Positions 31,477-41,577 of a stretch of 64,000 bases of DNA are shown here, piece after piece. Source of the stretch: Candidatus Woesearchaeota archaeon (GTDB taxonomy: Archaea; Nanobdellota; Nanobdellia; Woesearchaeales; GW2011-AR15); NCBI GenBank assembly GCA_038874655.1, contig JAVZBY010000003.1:140036-204035 (forward strand), in the 5' to 3' direction. The notes below the pieces were generated by a model. The model did no database searches, was not told the origin of the DNA, and was given only the letters and a program-made list of their open reading frames with translations. Position 1 is the stretch's first letter, and each line of letters opens with the position of its first letter. A program made the position numbers and the translations under genes.

Positions 31477-31525
31477 AAAAAAGAGAAGAATGAAACACCT
31501 TAAAAAGTATTATTTGAAATTAACA

Positions 31526-31539
31526 TGAAACTAGTTTCA
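31526..31539. promoter_or_regulatory. Perfect 14-bp palindrome TGAAACTAGTTTCA, candidate operator of the copper operon
   Basis: Lies just upstream of a TATA-like TTTTTAAG (minus strand, ~31499-31506) of copZ; extra TGAAA half-sites at 31491 and 31515. Confidence 0.6.
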
Positions 31540-31587
31540 ATTTAAAAAAATAAATAAAATAAAAAATATAAAAAGAAATATGATTAA

Positions 31588-32100
31588 TCAATTCCTCAAT
31601 ATCACAACATTAGTCATTCCTCTTCTCTTTCTTTCAATTAAACCCTTTCCTTCTAATTTATCTAAAATCCTGGTTATTTTTACTTTGCTATAATTAGTTT
31701 TCTCAACCAATTCTGATTGAAATATTGTTCCTTGTGATTCTACTATTTTATCATATACTAATTTTTCATCAGGCAATAAATCCAAAATTCTTTTTTTTAT
31801 TATTTCTTTTTCTGTTTTTTCAGATTCTTCATTTTTTTCAATAATAAAATTTCTTTTAAACTTGCTCTCAAACAAAAAATAAATTCCTAAAGCAATCAAA
31901 GAAACAGATAAAACACTTCCAAAAATATACACTAAAAAATTTCTGTTTTCATGCAAGCAAGTTCCATCATCTAAAAAACAAGTTCCTTCATTTTTAACAT
32001 ATAGATTAATATAATAATCTTCTCTTGCTTTAAACATAAAAAGCATAACAGCAAGTAAAATCCCAATAAAAATAACAACAAAAGCAAAATTTTTATTCAT
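31588..32100 (-). CDS. Membrane-tethered winged-HTH transcriptional regulator
   Basis: Two TM helices flanking loop with CFLDDGTCLHE; C-terminal L.PDEK.VY..I....G.IFQSELV......KVKITRILDKLE.KGLIERKRRGMTN; start set at 32100. Confidence 0.8.
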   Translation of the reverse strand: MNKNFAFVVIFIGILLAVMLFMFKAREDYYINLYVKNEGTCFLDDGTCLHENRNFLVYIFGSVLSVSLIALGIYFLFESKFKRNFIIEKNEESEKTEKEIIKKRILDLLPDEKLVYDKIVESQGTIFQSELVEKTNYSKVKITRILDKLEGKGLIERKRRGMTNVVILRN

Positions 32101-32181
32101 AATAATTTGTAAAATATTTAAATTTAAAAAAGTTATTTTTAATTTCTCTAAAATCATATTTTATTAAAATGCTACATAAAA

Positions 32182-32823
32182 TTAGTCAAAATAAAAATTA
32201 AATCTTTTTTCATCACACATTAAGCCTATAATAACATTAGGACTATCCCATTTTATTTGATTATAAGATTCAATATCCTGATTAGAAAAAATACAATGTA
32301 AAATAGGATGTGTATGTAATTCAATTAGAGTTTTATCATCACAAATTTCAGATACTACTTTATAAACATCACTTCCATAAATTTTTGGTATATAAATTCC
32401 TTTAACATTATAAACTTGATAACCTAAATTTTGCTCATTGGAGATATTACCATATAAACACATCTTAATTTCTGATTTTTGATTTTGTCTAAATATAGAA
32501 AGTAATGCATTGTAATTTTCTTTCCCAATGATAATTTTCTTATTATTCAAGATTATTTCATAATTATCATTAATTTCAGTACTTATAATTTTTCCAAATA
32601 ATATATTTAATATATGAAATCCCAACAAATTACTAATAAGCAAAAAAATAATAAAAAATGTGATTAAAATAATATAGGTTTTTTTAAGAATTTTTTTTAA
32701 TTCTGATTCTTCTTGTTGTGATTCTAAAATTTCATCTTCTAACTCAATTAAATTATATTCCAAATTTTCTTCAGATTTATTCAAATTCTTTAAATTATCT
32801 TCATTATTTTGTTTTTTGCTCAT
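32182..32823 (-). CDS. Single-pass membrane protein with C-terminal JAB/MPN+ (JAMM-motif) domain
   Basis: E(IKMCLYG)...HTHP-ILHCIF-SNQD fits E-x(n)-HxH-x7-S-x2-D; ATGA overlap with uppP stop gives start 32823. Confidence 0.65.
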   Translation of the reverse strand: MSKKQNNEDNLKNLNKSEENLEYNLIELEDEILESQQEESELKKILKKTYIILITFFIIFLLISNLLGFHILNILFGKIISTEINDNYEIILNNKKIIIGKENYNALLSIFRQNQKSEIKMCLYGNISNEQNLGYQVYNVKGIYIPKIYGSDVYKVVSEICDDKTLIELHTHPILHCIFSNQDIESYNQIKWDSPNVIIGLMCDEKRFNFYFD

Positions 32824-33584
32824 AAATAAACACTCAATAATATAATTAAACCTAATACAAAACAATATATTGAGAAATAACTAAATTTGTTGGTTTTAAT
32901 AATTCGTAGTAAAAATTTCAATGATAAATATCCAGAAATCATTGAAAACAAAACTCCAATAAATGCAAAACTTAAATTTTCAATTTGCCCAATATTTCTA
33001 ATTTCTAAAATTGTTGCACCAAAAATTGGTGGGATAGCCATTAAAAAAGAAAATTTTGCTGCTTCCTCTTGCTTTATTCCTTGAATTAATCCTGTTGAAA
33101 TTGTAATTCCTGATCTAGAAACACCAGGTAAAATTGCAATTGCTTGACTTACACCCATTAAAAATGTGTTTAAAAAATTTAAATTCTTATCTTTTATTTT
33201 TGGATATTTTGATAAAAATAAAACTATTGAAGTAAATATCCATGCAAAACCTACAAAAGCTAAATTTGAAAATGCTCTCTCTATATAATCATTTAAAAAA
33301 AAACCAACTAATGTAATAGGAATTGATGCAAAAATTAACATTAAAGCTAAATTTATATATTTCTTTTCTCTTTTTAAAACACCTAAAATTAATTCTAAAA
33401 TTTCCTTTCTAAAAACAAATAAAATTACTAATAAAGAACCAAAATGCAACAACACATCAAAAATTATTGGTTGCTTTATTTTAAAAATAGTTTGAAACAA
33501 AACTAAATGTCCTGAACTACTTATAGGAAGCCACTCAGTAATGCCTTGTATAATACCTAAAATTATTGCTTCAATTAGATTCAT
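32820..33584 (-). CDS. uppP: Undecaprenyl-diphosphate phosphatase (BacA family)
   Basis: GIIQGITEWLPISSSGHL, LHFGSL, Q..AILPGVSRSG.TI, FSFLMAIP. Confidence 0.95.
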   Translation of the reverse strand: MNLIEAIILGIIQGITEWLPISSSGHLVLFQTIFKIKQPIIFDVLLHFGSLLVILFVFRKEILELILGVLKREKKYINLALMLIFASIPITLVGFFLNDYIERAFSNLAFVGFAWIFTSIVLFLSKYPKIKDKNLNFLNTFLMGVSQAIAILPGVSRSGITISTGLIQGIKQEEAAKFSFLMAIPPIFGATILEIRNIGQIENLSFAFIGVLFSMISGYLSLKFLLRIIKTNKFSYFSIYCFVLGLIILLSVYL

Positions 33585-33694
33585 AATATAAAGAAAATTT
33601 TTATTACTTAAATATTATTGCTTAAATTATAAGTAAATAAAAAAACAATATAGTGATAAAGAAAATATAAAATTTTATTATATAGTAATTAATT

Positions 33695-35352
33695 TTATTT
33701 ATTCAAACAATCATTTTTTAATTTAGTATTGCTAATTTCTTCACAAATATCTTTGTTATATATTGCATAATTAATTATACATTGATCTCTTTCATTAGAA
33801 GTTAAATAAATACAAAACAAAGGATCCTTAATTTTTTCTATAATTGTTAGTTTACATTCACTATCTTTACAATCAACAATAAGTTGTTTTACAATTCTTG
33901 CTTCAATAAGTTTTAATGCCAATATTTTATCTATATCTTTTTCTTGATGGTTTAAATTATATTCTTGTTTTATTATTTCATTTTTGATTTTTTGACGAGT
34001 TTCAAATAATTCAAGGACTATTTTTTCTGCCATTTTATATATATCCAAATGTGTGAAAAGTTTATTGGTTGCTTTATAAAATAGAGAATAATCATTATCA
34101 AGAAAAGGTGAATTTCGAAGAATATTTATTAATTCATTTTTATCATCTTGATTGATTTCTGATATTTTTGAATAAAGATAATTTACATTATTATTTAGAA
34201 ATTCTATATGCTCATTCATACTTTTTGAACCATCATAAAAGAGAGTATTATTTATTATATTTTTCTTAATCCATTTATATTCATTAGAAACAATTTTTTT
34301 TGATTCTAATATATCACTTAACATTAATCTAAATTTTTCAAAAAAGATAATATGATTTTTCATATCTTCATATACTTTACCATTAAAATAATAAGATAAA
34401 CTCTCTATCCAGTTTTTTGGAAAAACTACATTTTTATTAATTAATTCACTATGAATTGATTGCCATTTATTATTAATTTCCATTGCAACCTGTGTTTTTT
34501 GAAGTTCTGGCTCTTCATTTTCAAAGAGATTATCAGAAAGGGTTTGTGTTATTTTATAAATATTTTTTTGAAAATTATTAATATTTATATAAGTATTATT
34601 AACAAAAATTATACCAAAAATTGAAGCAATTACAAAACATAATATCAAAAAGAAAAGATATAATATCATCATAGATTTTATAACTGTTTTCTTAACATTT
34701 TCTTCTTTTGCTGAGAGAATATTAAATAGAGAAAATGGAAAAAATTTAAACCTAAAATATGCAACATAATTAAATTCCCCAAAAACCTTTTTAAGTAATT
34801 TCATAGATATTAAAAAATATGATAAAATAAAAAAGATAAATAAAGAAGACATTATTAAAATAAAACTAAATAAAGAGATTGTTCCAATGAAATCAAAAAT
34901 AACAAAAGCATAAAGAAGATAAATCAAAAAAGAAAATGTAAATGAAAAATTTAAACTTATTAACAATGTTAAAAAGATATATTCAAAAGGATATTTCTTT
35001 TGTGAGTTAAAAAAATAAGATAATGAAAAAAGAAATGATAAAAAAAGTATAAATGATAAATATAAGAAACTATTAGTGATACTATAAATAAAAAAAAAAA
35101 TATAGTTAATCCATTAATAAAATTTGCAATATTTATTTTATTACTTTTATATAAGAAATTAATTATCAAAAAAATACTTGCATAAATAAAAAGAAATATT
35201 AATACTTCAAAGATTTTATTAAAGGAATATGAGATAAATAAAATCGACAAAATAAAAATAAAAAAAACAGAAAATGATAATTTTTTTATATAATTATTAA
35301 TTGAAATGTTTATCCCTTTCTGAGATAAAGAATCGAAAGATATTTTTTCCAT
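33695..35352 (-). pseudogene. One membrane protein gene (~552 aa) split into two ORFs by a frameshift in a T11 tract (35090-35100)
   Basis: Frame of ORF 33695..34966 stays open upstream to 35113 across the homopolymer and encodes a TM-like stretch; one extra T joins it to ORF 34969..35352. Confidence 0.7.
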
Positions 35353-35417
35353 TATATAAATTAAAAAAATACATCTATATAAGATTTATTATTTTAATAA
35401 TTGAAGAAATATTTAAA

Positions 35418-36785
35418 TTAATATAAATTATTTTTACTATAAAACCTTCTTATCAAATAAGACAAAATAGTTGGCACTAAAAAAGAAGTTAATAAAGCCA
35501 TTGCTGAAATAATAGAATATTCTTTCACACTTAAAATATTATTTGCCAATCCTAAAGAAGCTATTATTAAAGCAACTTCTCCTCTTGGAACCATTCCTAT
35601 TCCAACAATTAAAGAATCTTTAAAATTCAATTTTAGTAAATATGAAAAACCTCCACATGCAATAACTTTACTAATTATCGCAATAAGAGTAATTATTAAA
35701 ATTGGAATAAAATAGAAATATATAGATTTAACATCAACTAATATGCCTAATGAAATAAAAAATATAGGCATAAATAAAAACTCTAAGCCATATGTTTTTT
35801 CTTCTAGTTCTGCATAATGCCTACTCCTATTTATGATAAGCCCTGCTAAAAAAGCTCCAACAATAGCAGATAATTTTATAATTTCAGCAACATAAGCAAA
35901 AAAAAGCATTAAAGCTATTGAAAGTAAAAATCTTTTATCTCCTAAATCTTTTTTATCCAAATATTCAACTATATATCTTCCTGCTATAATAGCTCCAACT
36001 ACAAAAACAACTGCTGTAAAAAAGGTTTTAGAAACTGTTTTAAATATCTCTCCTTCTGCATTAGCTAAATTAACAACAATTGACAACAACAACAAACTTA
36101 GTATGTCGTCTAAAACAGCAGCGCCAATAATAACTTCTGAAAACTTTTTATCCAAAACTTTCATTTGTTTCAAGATTGCAACAGAAACACCTACGCTTGT
36201 AGCAGATAATGCTGCTCCTATAAACATAGAATAAACAAAATTCTTGCTTAAAAAAAGTGCATAAAAATATCCCATAAAAAAAGGTAATAAAACACCTGAT
36301 AATGCAACAAACAAATTCTCCTTTGAAAAAATTTTTTCAACTTTACTATGCAATCCTACTTTAAAAAGTAAAATTATTGCCCCTAATTGTGCAAAAATCT
36401 CTATAATATTTTCGTTCAAAAAAAGCTTTGGTGCATTACCTGGTAGATTAAAAAAATCCCAAGAAAAATTTAAAAAACTTGGACTTATTAAAATGCCTAA
36501 AATCATTAAAATAATGACATTTTGTGCTTTTAAATAAAATACAGCAACCTCTGCTAAAACCGCTAAAAGTAATAAAAAAACAATCTCAAAATAGAGATGC
36601 TCACTTGGCTCAACTTGACCTAAAATACTCCTTCTAATAATTGAAAAGATTAAAATACAAAATAAAATAAAAATTCCCATTGCAGATATATTATAAAAAG
36701 GTTTTTTTATTTCTTCTATATCTAAATCTTTTAATTTTATATCATCAACCTTATTTATAATTTTTTTTATTCTTCTAATAGGCAT
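35418..36785 (-). CDS. Cation:proton antiporter (CPA2, NapA/Kef-like)
   Basis: LGAIILLF.VGL, ATSVG, GAAVLDDIL, GAFLAGL, PIFF..LG, GMVPRGEVALI. Confidence 0.92.
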   Translation of the reverse strand: MPIRRIKKIINKVDDIKLKDLDIEEIKKPFYNISAMGIFILFCILIFSIIRRSILGQVEPSEHLYFEIVFLLLLAVLAEVAVFYLKAQNVIILMILGILISPSFLNFSWDFFNLPGNAPKLFLNENIIEIFAQLGAIILLFKVGLHSKVEKIFSKENLFVALSGVLLPFFMGYFYALFLSKNFVYSMFIGAALSATSVGVSVAILKQMKVLDKKFSEVIIGAAVLDDILSLLLLSIVVNLANAEGEIFKTVSKTFFTAVVFVVGAIIAGRYIVEYLDKKDLGDKRFLLSIALMLFFAYVAEIIKLSAIVGAFLAGLIINRSRHYAELEEKTYGLEFLFMPIFFISLGILVDVKSIYFYFIPILIITLIAIISKVIACGGFSYLLKLNFKDSLIVGIGMVPRGEVALIIASLGLANNILSVKEYSIISAMALLTSFLVPTILSYLIRRFYSKNNLY

Positions 36786-36844
36786 GTTAAAAAAAAAATA
36801 ATTCCATGTTTAAATAATTTTAGAAAATATAATATTAAAACAAA

Positions 36845-38263
36845 TCAATTTTCAGATGCCCTCTTCTGATCTGCTCTAGAATAAAAACCATTAATAACAT
36901 TAACCAATTGAACTAATCCATTATTACTAACATTCCACAATAAAGCATGTGTATTAGTGCAAGCATTTGGTCCTTGTGCATATGGTAAAACTAAATAAGT
37001 TGAAGTTCCTACAACATAAGTGTCTCTTAATATTTCAGCTTGATGAGTATGTCCTGAAATACTTTTGCCAGCATCTGCTTCAATTGTCTTTGCATTTCCT
37101 CTTCTTCCATTAGGACCAAAATGACCATGCGCTGCTAACTGATATCCTAAGATTTTATAATCTTCATCTGCTCTTAAAAATTTTACATTCTTAGGCAATT
37201 TCCCATGTGATTTAATACCCATTTCAACAGGGTTTTTACCATCAGCAAATTCTTTTGCCAATTCTAATGCCTTTTTCAAATTTAAAGGATCATTGATAAA
37301 CCTACCTTCATCTAAATATCTCTCTAACATCATAGGATCATGATTAGAATAAACAACTAAAATTTCTCTACCATTATTATTTGTTTCTAATGCATCTAAT
37401 AAATAACATAATTCATCATAACATGCTTTTAATTCCTCATCTAAACTTAAAAAACCTTTATCAGAACCTTCTCTAATTTTTTGACTTATTAAATGCCCTT
37501 CTTTATGATGATTAACTGAATGTCCATCAAAAAAATCATGTAAAACAATTCTTTTTGGTTTAAAATCTTTTATCATCCTTAAATTTGCCTCTTTCACAAC
37601 AGGATCTGTGTAGCCAACATGCCAATCTCCGAAAACAATTGCTTCTAATGTTGCTTCTCTAGGTTCTTCATTTGGTAAAAATAAAGTGCCTAAATCTACA
37701 AATTTACCATTAGATAATGCCCTCACATTTCTATGATGATAGATTTCATCATCAATAACTTCAACAATCCACGCTCCATAGATATGATCTCTTAAAGCTA
37801 AATTTCCTAATCTTCTTCTTTCTGCACTAAAATCTTCAGAAGTAGCATAATTAGGTAATGTAATTGCTCCTGTAGTAATCAATGCTTTTGGAATTTTAAT
37901 ATTGCTATGGGGAATATATTTTAATCTTTGTTTGGGGCTCGCAAAAATAGTGCTAATTGCTCTTTGTGTAAATCTCGATAAGCCAGTAATAGGATCAATT
38001 TGCCAGGGTCTTATATAAAACTGATCAATCATTACATTATTATTTAACCTCATCTCATCATAAACAAAAGGAAACCTTTTTAATTGTGAATCCATATATT
38101 TAAAGTTCCAATCTTCTTTAGCACTACTTCCTATCATTGGTAAAATAAGTAATTCTCCATTTACAAAAGATGCGAATTTTTCTAGTGAATTTAAAAAAGG
38201 AATGTTTGGCTCAGAAAAAGATTGTGCAGAGGTTATTATATATGTTTTTGGTTGATATTGCAC
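36845..38263 (-). CDS. Calcineurin-like metallophosphoesterase with large N-terminal extension
   Basis: GDWH, HDFFDG, SNHD, HGH, GHTH motifs in order; GTG start. Confidence 0.75.
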   Translation of the reverse strand: MQYQPKTYIITSAQSFSEPNIPFLNSLEKFASFVNGELLILPMIGSSAKEDWNFKYMDSQLKRFPFVYDEMRLNNNVMIDQFYIRPWQIDPITGLSRFTQRAISTIFASPKQRLKYIPHSNIKIPKALITTGAITLPNYATSEDFSAERRRLGNLALRDHIYGAWIVEVIDDEIYHHRNVRALSNGKFVDLGTLFLPNEEPREATLEAIVFGDWHVGYTDPVVKEANLRMIKDFKPKRIVLHDFFDGHSVNHHKEGHLISQKIREGSDKGFLSLDEELKACYDELCYLLDALETNNNGREILVVYSNHDPMMLERYLDEGRFINDPLNLKKALELAKEFADGKNPVEMGIKSHGKLPKNVKFLRADEDYKILGYQLAAHGHFGPNGRRGNAKTIEADAGKSISGHTHQAEILRDTYVVGTSTYLVLPYAQGPNACTNTHALLWNVSNNGLVQLVNVINGFYSRADQKRASEN

Positions 38264-38396
38264 AAAACAGTTAAAAAAATAATAATTTAAAAAGAATTCT
38301 TTTTTTATTTATAATTTTTCAAAAATATATTTTAAAAAACAAAAATTATTTAAAATAAAAAAATTATTTTATATTTACTCAAACTTTTTGATAAAA

Positions 38397-38618
38397 ATGA
38401 AAAGAAGATTTCAATATGCTCCTTTATCTGGTGCTTTTATGGCTACTTCAATCCTTGGATTAATGATTTCTATTTTTTTCGTTTACAAACATTATCCTGA
38501 TTGGGGAATTACTTTTTCGATAGTTTTTGGAATTATGTTTATTTCCTCAATTATATCAATGACAGTGGCTGACCCTGAAGAATTTATTGATTTAGAATCA
38601 AAAAATAAAAAACAATAA
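38397..38618 (+). CDS. Small two-TM membrane protein
   Basis: APLSGAFM...DWGITF; two hydrophobic segments; first ATG at 38397. Confidence 0.65.
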   Translation: MKRRFQYAPLSGAFMATSILGLMISIFFVYKHYPDWGITFSIVFGIMFISSIISMTVADPEEFIDLESKNKKQ

Positions 38619-38632
38619 AAAAATAAAAAAAT

Positions 38633-38932
38633 TTATTTATTAATTCTATCAAACTTTTCTTTTGCTTTACTCTCTTTATAATAAACTTCATGACTTGCTC
38701 TTTTATCAAATAATGCAATTGCAATTTTAATCATATCTGTTTGAAATTGTTTTAAATTTTCTTTTTGCATTATTTCAATGGCATCTTGTATTGATTCATG
38801 CATTTTTTTTATATTCTCTAATCTGGCCAATTGCTCTTGTTCTTTTTCTTCTTTTTCTGTTAAATAAACTTCTTCCCATTTATTATAAACTGCTTTTTGA
38901 ACTTGTTTTGGAAAATCTTTATTAAATGCCAT
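38633..38932 (-). CDS. Hypothetical helical protein
   Basis: 99-aa ORF with SD GAGGTG upstream. Confidence 0.65.
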   Translation of the reverse strand: MAFNKDFPKQVQKAVYNKWEEVYLTEKEEKEQEQLARLENIKKMHESIQDAIEIMQKENLKQFQTDMIKIAIALFDKRASHEVYYKESKAKEKFDRINK

Positions 38933-39064
38933 GATAACACCTCTTTTATTAATATCATATTAGTAATATAATAAGTATATAAACCTTTCTAAAAAAGGTC
39001 TAATTTTTTAAAGAAACTAATACTAAACAGTTAAATTTAAAACCTCATAAAAAATAGAAAGATT

Positions 39065-39781
39065 ATGATTTCATTTATTATTCCTACTTTGGATGAAGAA
39101 AAAAATATTGAAAGAGTTGTTTCTCAGTTTAATGTTTTAAAAGGCAAATTTAGTTATGAAGTTATTGTTGCTGATGGGGGAAGCAAAGATAAAACAAGAC
39201 AAATTGCTAAAAAACTAGGTTGCAAAGTTTTCAAAAATAATAGAAAAAATCAAAACATAGCAAAAAATAGAAACTTAGGTGCAAAACATGCAAAAGGCAC
39301 TATTCTTGTTTTTTGTGATGCTGATACTCAAATAAAAAACCCTGTCTTTTTTTGTAAAATTGTTTTAAATAAACTTAAAAATAAAAACATTGTTGCAGGT
39401 GTTCCTAAAATCAGAGTATTTCCAAAAGAAGAAAAAAAAGAAGACAAAATTTTTCTTAAATTATTGAATTATTTTGTTGAAAAAAGTTTTAAATCAAAAT
39501 ATCCTATGGCATCAGGACAATGTCAAATTATAAAAAAAACAGCATTTGAAAAGGTAAATGGCTATAATGAAAATTTATCTTATGGTGAAGATGCAGACAT
39601 TTTTTTAAGATTAGGAAGAATAGGCAAACTTTATTTTTTCTCAAATTTGATTGTTTATGAGAGTCCAAGAAGATATAGAAAATGGGGATATCCTAAATTA
39701 ATTACAAATGCTATCTCTAATTATTTATATAAAATACTTTTTAAAAAAGAAAAAATAAAAGAATGGAAAAGAGTTGATTAA
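39065..39781 (+). CDS. Glycosyltransferase family 2
   Basis: ISFIIPTLDEE, VADGGSKD, RNLGA, FCDAD, GED, ESPRR. Confidence 0.93.
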   Translation: MISFIIPTLDEEKNIERVVSQFNVLKGKFSYEVIVADGGSKDKTRQIAKKLGCKVFKNNRKNQNIAKNRNLGAKHAKGTILVFCDADTQIKNPVFFCKIVLNKLKNKNIVAGVPKIRVFPKEEKKEDKIFLKLLNYFVEKSFKSKYPMASGQCQIIKKTAFEKVNGYNENLSYGEDADIFLRLGRIGKLYFFSNLIVYESPRRYRKWGYPKLITNAISNYLYKILFKKEKIKEWKRVD

Positions 39782-39805
39782 TTTTTTTATCATTTATAAT
39801 ATAAT

Positions 39806-41521
39806 TCATTTTACTGTAACTGATTTTGCTAAATTTCTTGGCTTATCAATAGGTAAATCTTTTTTTAATGCAATATAATAAGTTAATAATTGACCTATAA
39901 TTGCTGCTAAAATTCCAAATTTACCATCATTATCAGTATTCACTTTAAGATCACCCTCTAATTCATTTGTAATTTTTATTACAAAAGCGCCTCTTGCTTC
40001 AACCTCTTTTGTATTTGATAACATAGCATAATCCTTATTGCTTATTAATGAAATTACTGGTGTACCTTTTTCTATTAATGCAATTGTTCCATGTTTTAGT
40101 TCTCCGCCCATCATGCCTTCTGCATGTATATAAGAAATTTCTTTAATTTTAAGTGCTATTTCTCTAGCAACAGGATAACTTAAACCTCTGCCTAAAATAT
40201 AAATATCTCTTTTATCGTAAATTAAATTCGCTATTTTTTTAATTTCCTTTCTTAATAAAAGTGTTTCTTCAATTTTTTCAGGTAAATTTTCTAAATTTAT
40301 TTTAAACCCAAATTCTTGAGCAATTCTCAACAATAAAGTAACTTGATTAACAAATGACTTTGTCGCAGCAACACAAATTTCTTGTCCAGCTGCAATATTT
40401 AATGAAATTTCTGACATCCTTTGTATAGTTGAGTAAGGAACATTAACAATAGAGGCAATTTTTGCGTCATTCTTTTTTGCGTACTTTAATGCTTCAATAA
40501 CATCCATTGTTTCTCCTGATTGTGATATTGCTATTACTAAAGTGTCTTTATCAACTCCTACAAAATGCTCAAATTCTGATGCAATAATAGTCTGTGCATT
40601 AATATTGCATTTATGCAAATAATAAACCCCTAACAAAGAAGCATGATAGCTTGTTCCTGCAGCAACAAAAGTTATTTTTTTTGCTTTTTTCATTAAACTA
40701 ACAAATTTATCAAAATTTTCTTTTTGCTCTGCTTTCAAACTTAACAACAATCTTCTAACAACTTTTGGTTCTTCCATTATTTCTTTTATCATATAATGCT
40801 GATAATTTTCTGTTTTGCTTTCTTCTTGTTCCCATGAAAATTCAAAAATTTTTTTTTCAATTTTTTCTCCATTTGTATTATAAAAAGTATAATCTTTTTC
40901 ATTTATGATCGCAAATTCATTATTATCAAAAAAAATTGCTTTATTTGTTATATCAGAAAAAGCATAAATATCTGATGCTAAATAAAACTCACTTTTTCCA
41001 ATTCCCAAAACCAAAGGTGAATCCCTTCTTAGTGCATATAAATTATTATCTCCCTCAATAACAACTAATATTGCAAATTCTCCTTTTATCTCATTTATAA
41101 AATCAATGCAAGCTTCTTTCATTGATTTTATTTTTAATTTTTCTTCAAAATAATGTGCCGCAATCTCTGTATCCGTCTGACTTATAAATTTATGACCTTT
41201 TTTTTCTAAATCTTTTTTTAGTTCTTCATAATTTTCAATAATACCATTATGCACTAAAGCAATTTTTTTATCACAAGATAAATGTGGATGCGCATTAAAA
41301 TCAGTAACACCACCATGTGTTGCCCATCTCGTGTGTGTTATAATTTTTTTTGTTTTGTCTTCTATGTTAGGAACAACAATATTTCCTACTTTTTTAATTA
41401 ATTTTTTATCATAATAATAACCAAAAGAATCATAACCTCTATATTCTAATCTTTTTAATCTTTTTAATGCATCATTAACTAAAAAATCATTTTTTGAAAT
41501 TATTCCCACAATTCCACACAT
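39806..41521 (-). CDS. glmS: Glutamine--fructose-6-phosphate transaminase (isomerizing)
   Basis: MCGIVG, LEYRGYDS, HTRWATHG, SQSGET, ELKHG, PRNLAKSVTV. Confidence 0.97.
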   Translation of the reverse strand: MCGIVGIISKNDFLVNDALKRLKRLEYRGYDSFGYYYDKKLIKKVGNIVVPNIEDKTKKIITHTRWATHGGVTDFNAHPHLSCDKKIALVHNGIIENYEELKKDLEKKGHKFISQTDTEIAAHYFEEKLKIKSMKEACIDFINEIKGEFAILVVIEGDNNLYALRRDSPLVLGIGKSEFYLASDIYAFSDITNKAIFFDNNEFAIINEKDYTFYNTNGEKIEKKIFEFSWEQEESKTENYQHYMIKEIMEEPKVVRRLLLSLKAEQKENFDKFVSLMKKAKKITFVAAGTSYHASLLGVYYLHKCNINAQTIIASEFEHFVGVDKDTLVIAISQSGETMDVIEALKYAKKNDAKIASIVNVPYSTIQRMSEISLNIAAGQEICVAATKSFVNQVTLLLRIAQEFGFKINLENLPEKIEETLLLRKEIKKIANLIYDKRDIYILGRGLSYPVAREIALKIKEISYIHAEGMMGGELKHGTIALIEKGTPVISLISNKDYAMLSNTKEVEARGAFVIKITNELEGDLKVNTDNDGKFGILAAIIGQLLTYYIALKKDLPIDKPRNLAKSVTVK

Positions 41522-41577
41522 ATTTTCACCTTGTATTTTTTTAATAATACTTTTTTAATATTTTCTAAAACTTTTTT

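Noticed and set aside
36845-38932. Prophage or integrated element around the phage-like phosphoesterase
   Set aside because: No integrase, terminase, capsid genes or att-like repeats; flanks are ordinary cellular genes
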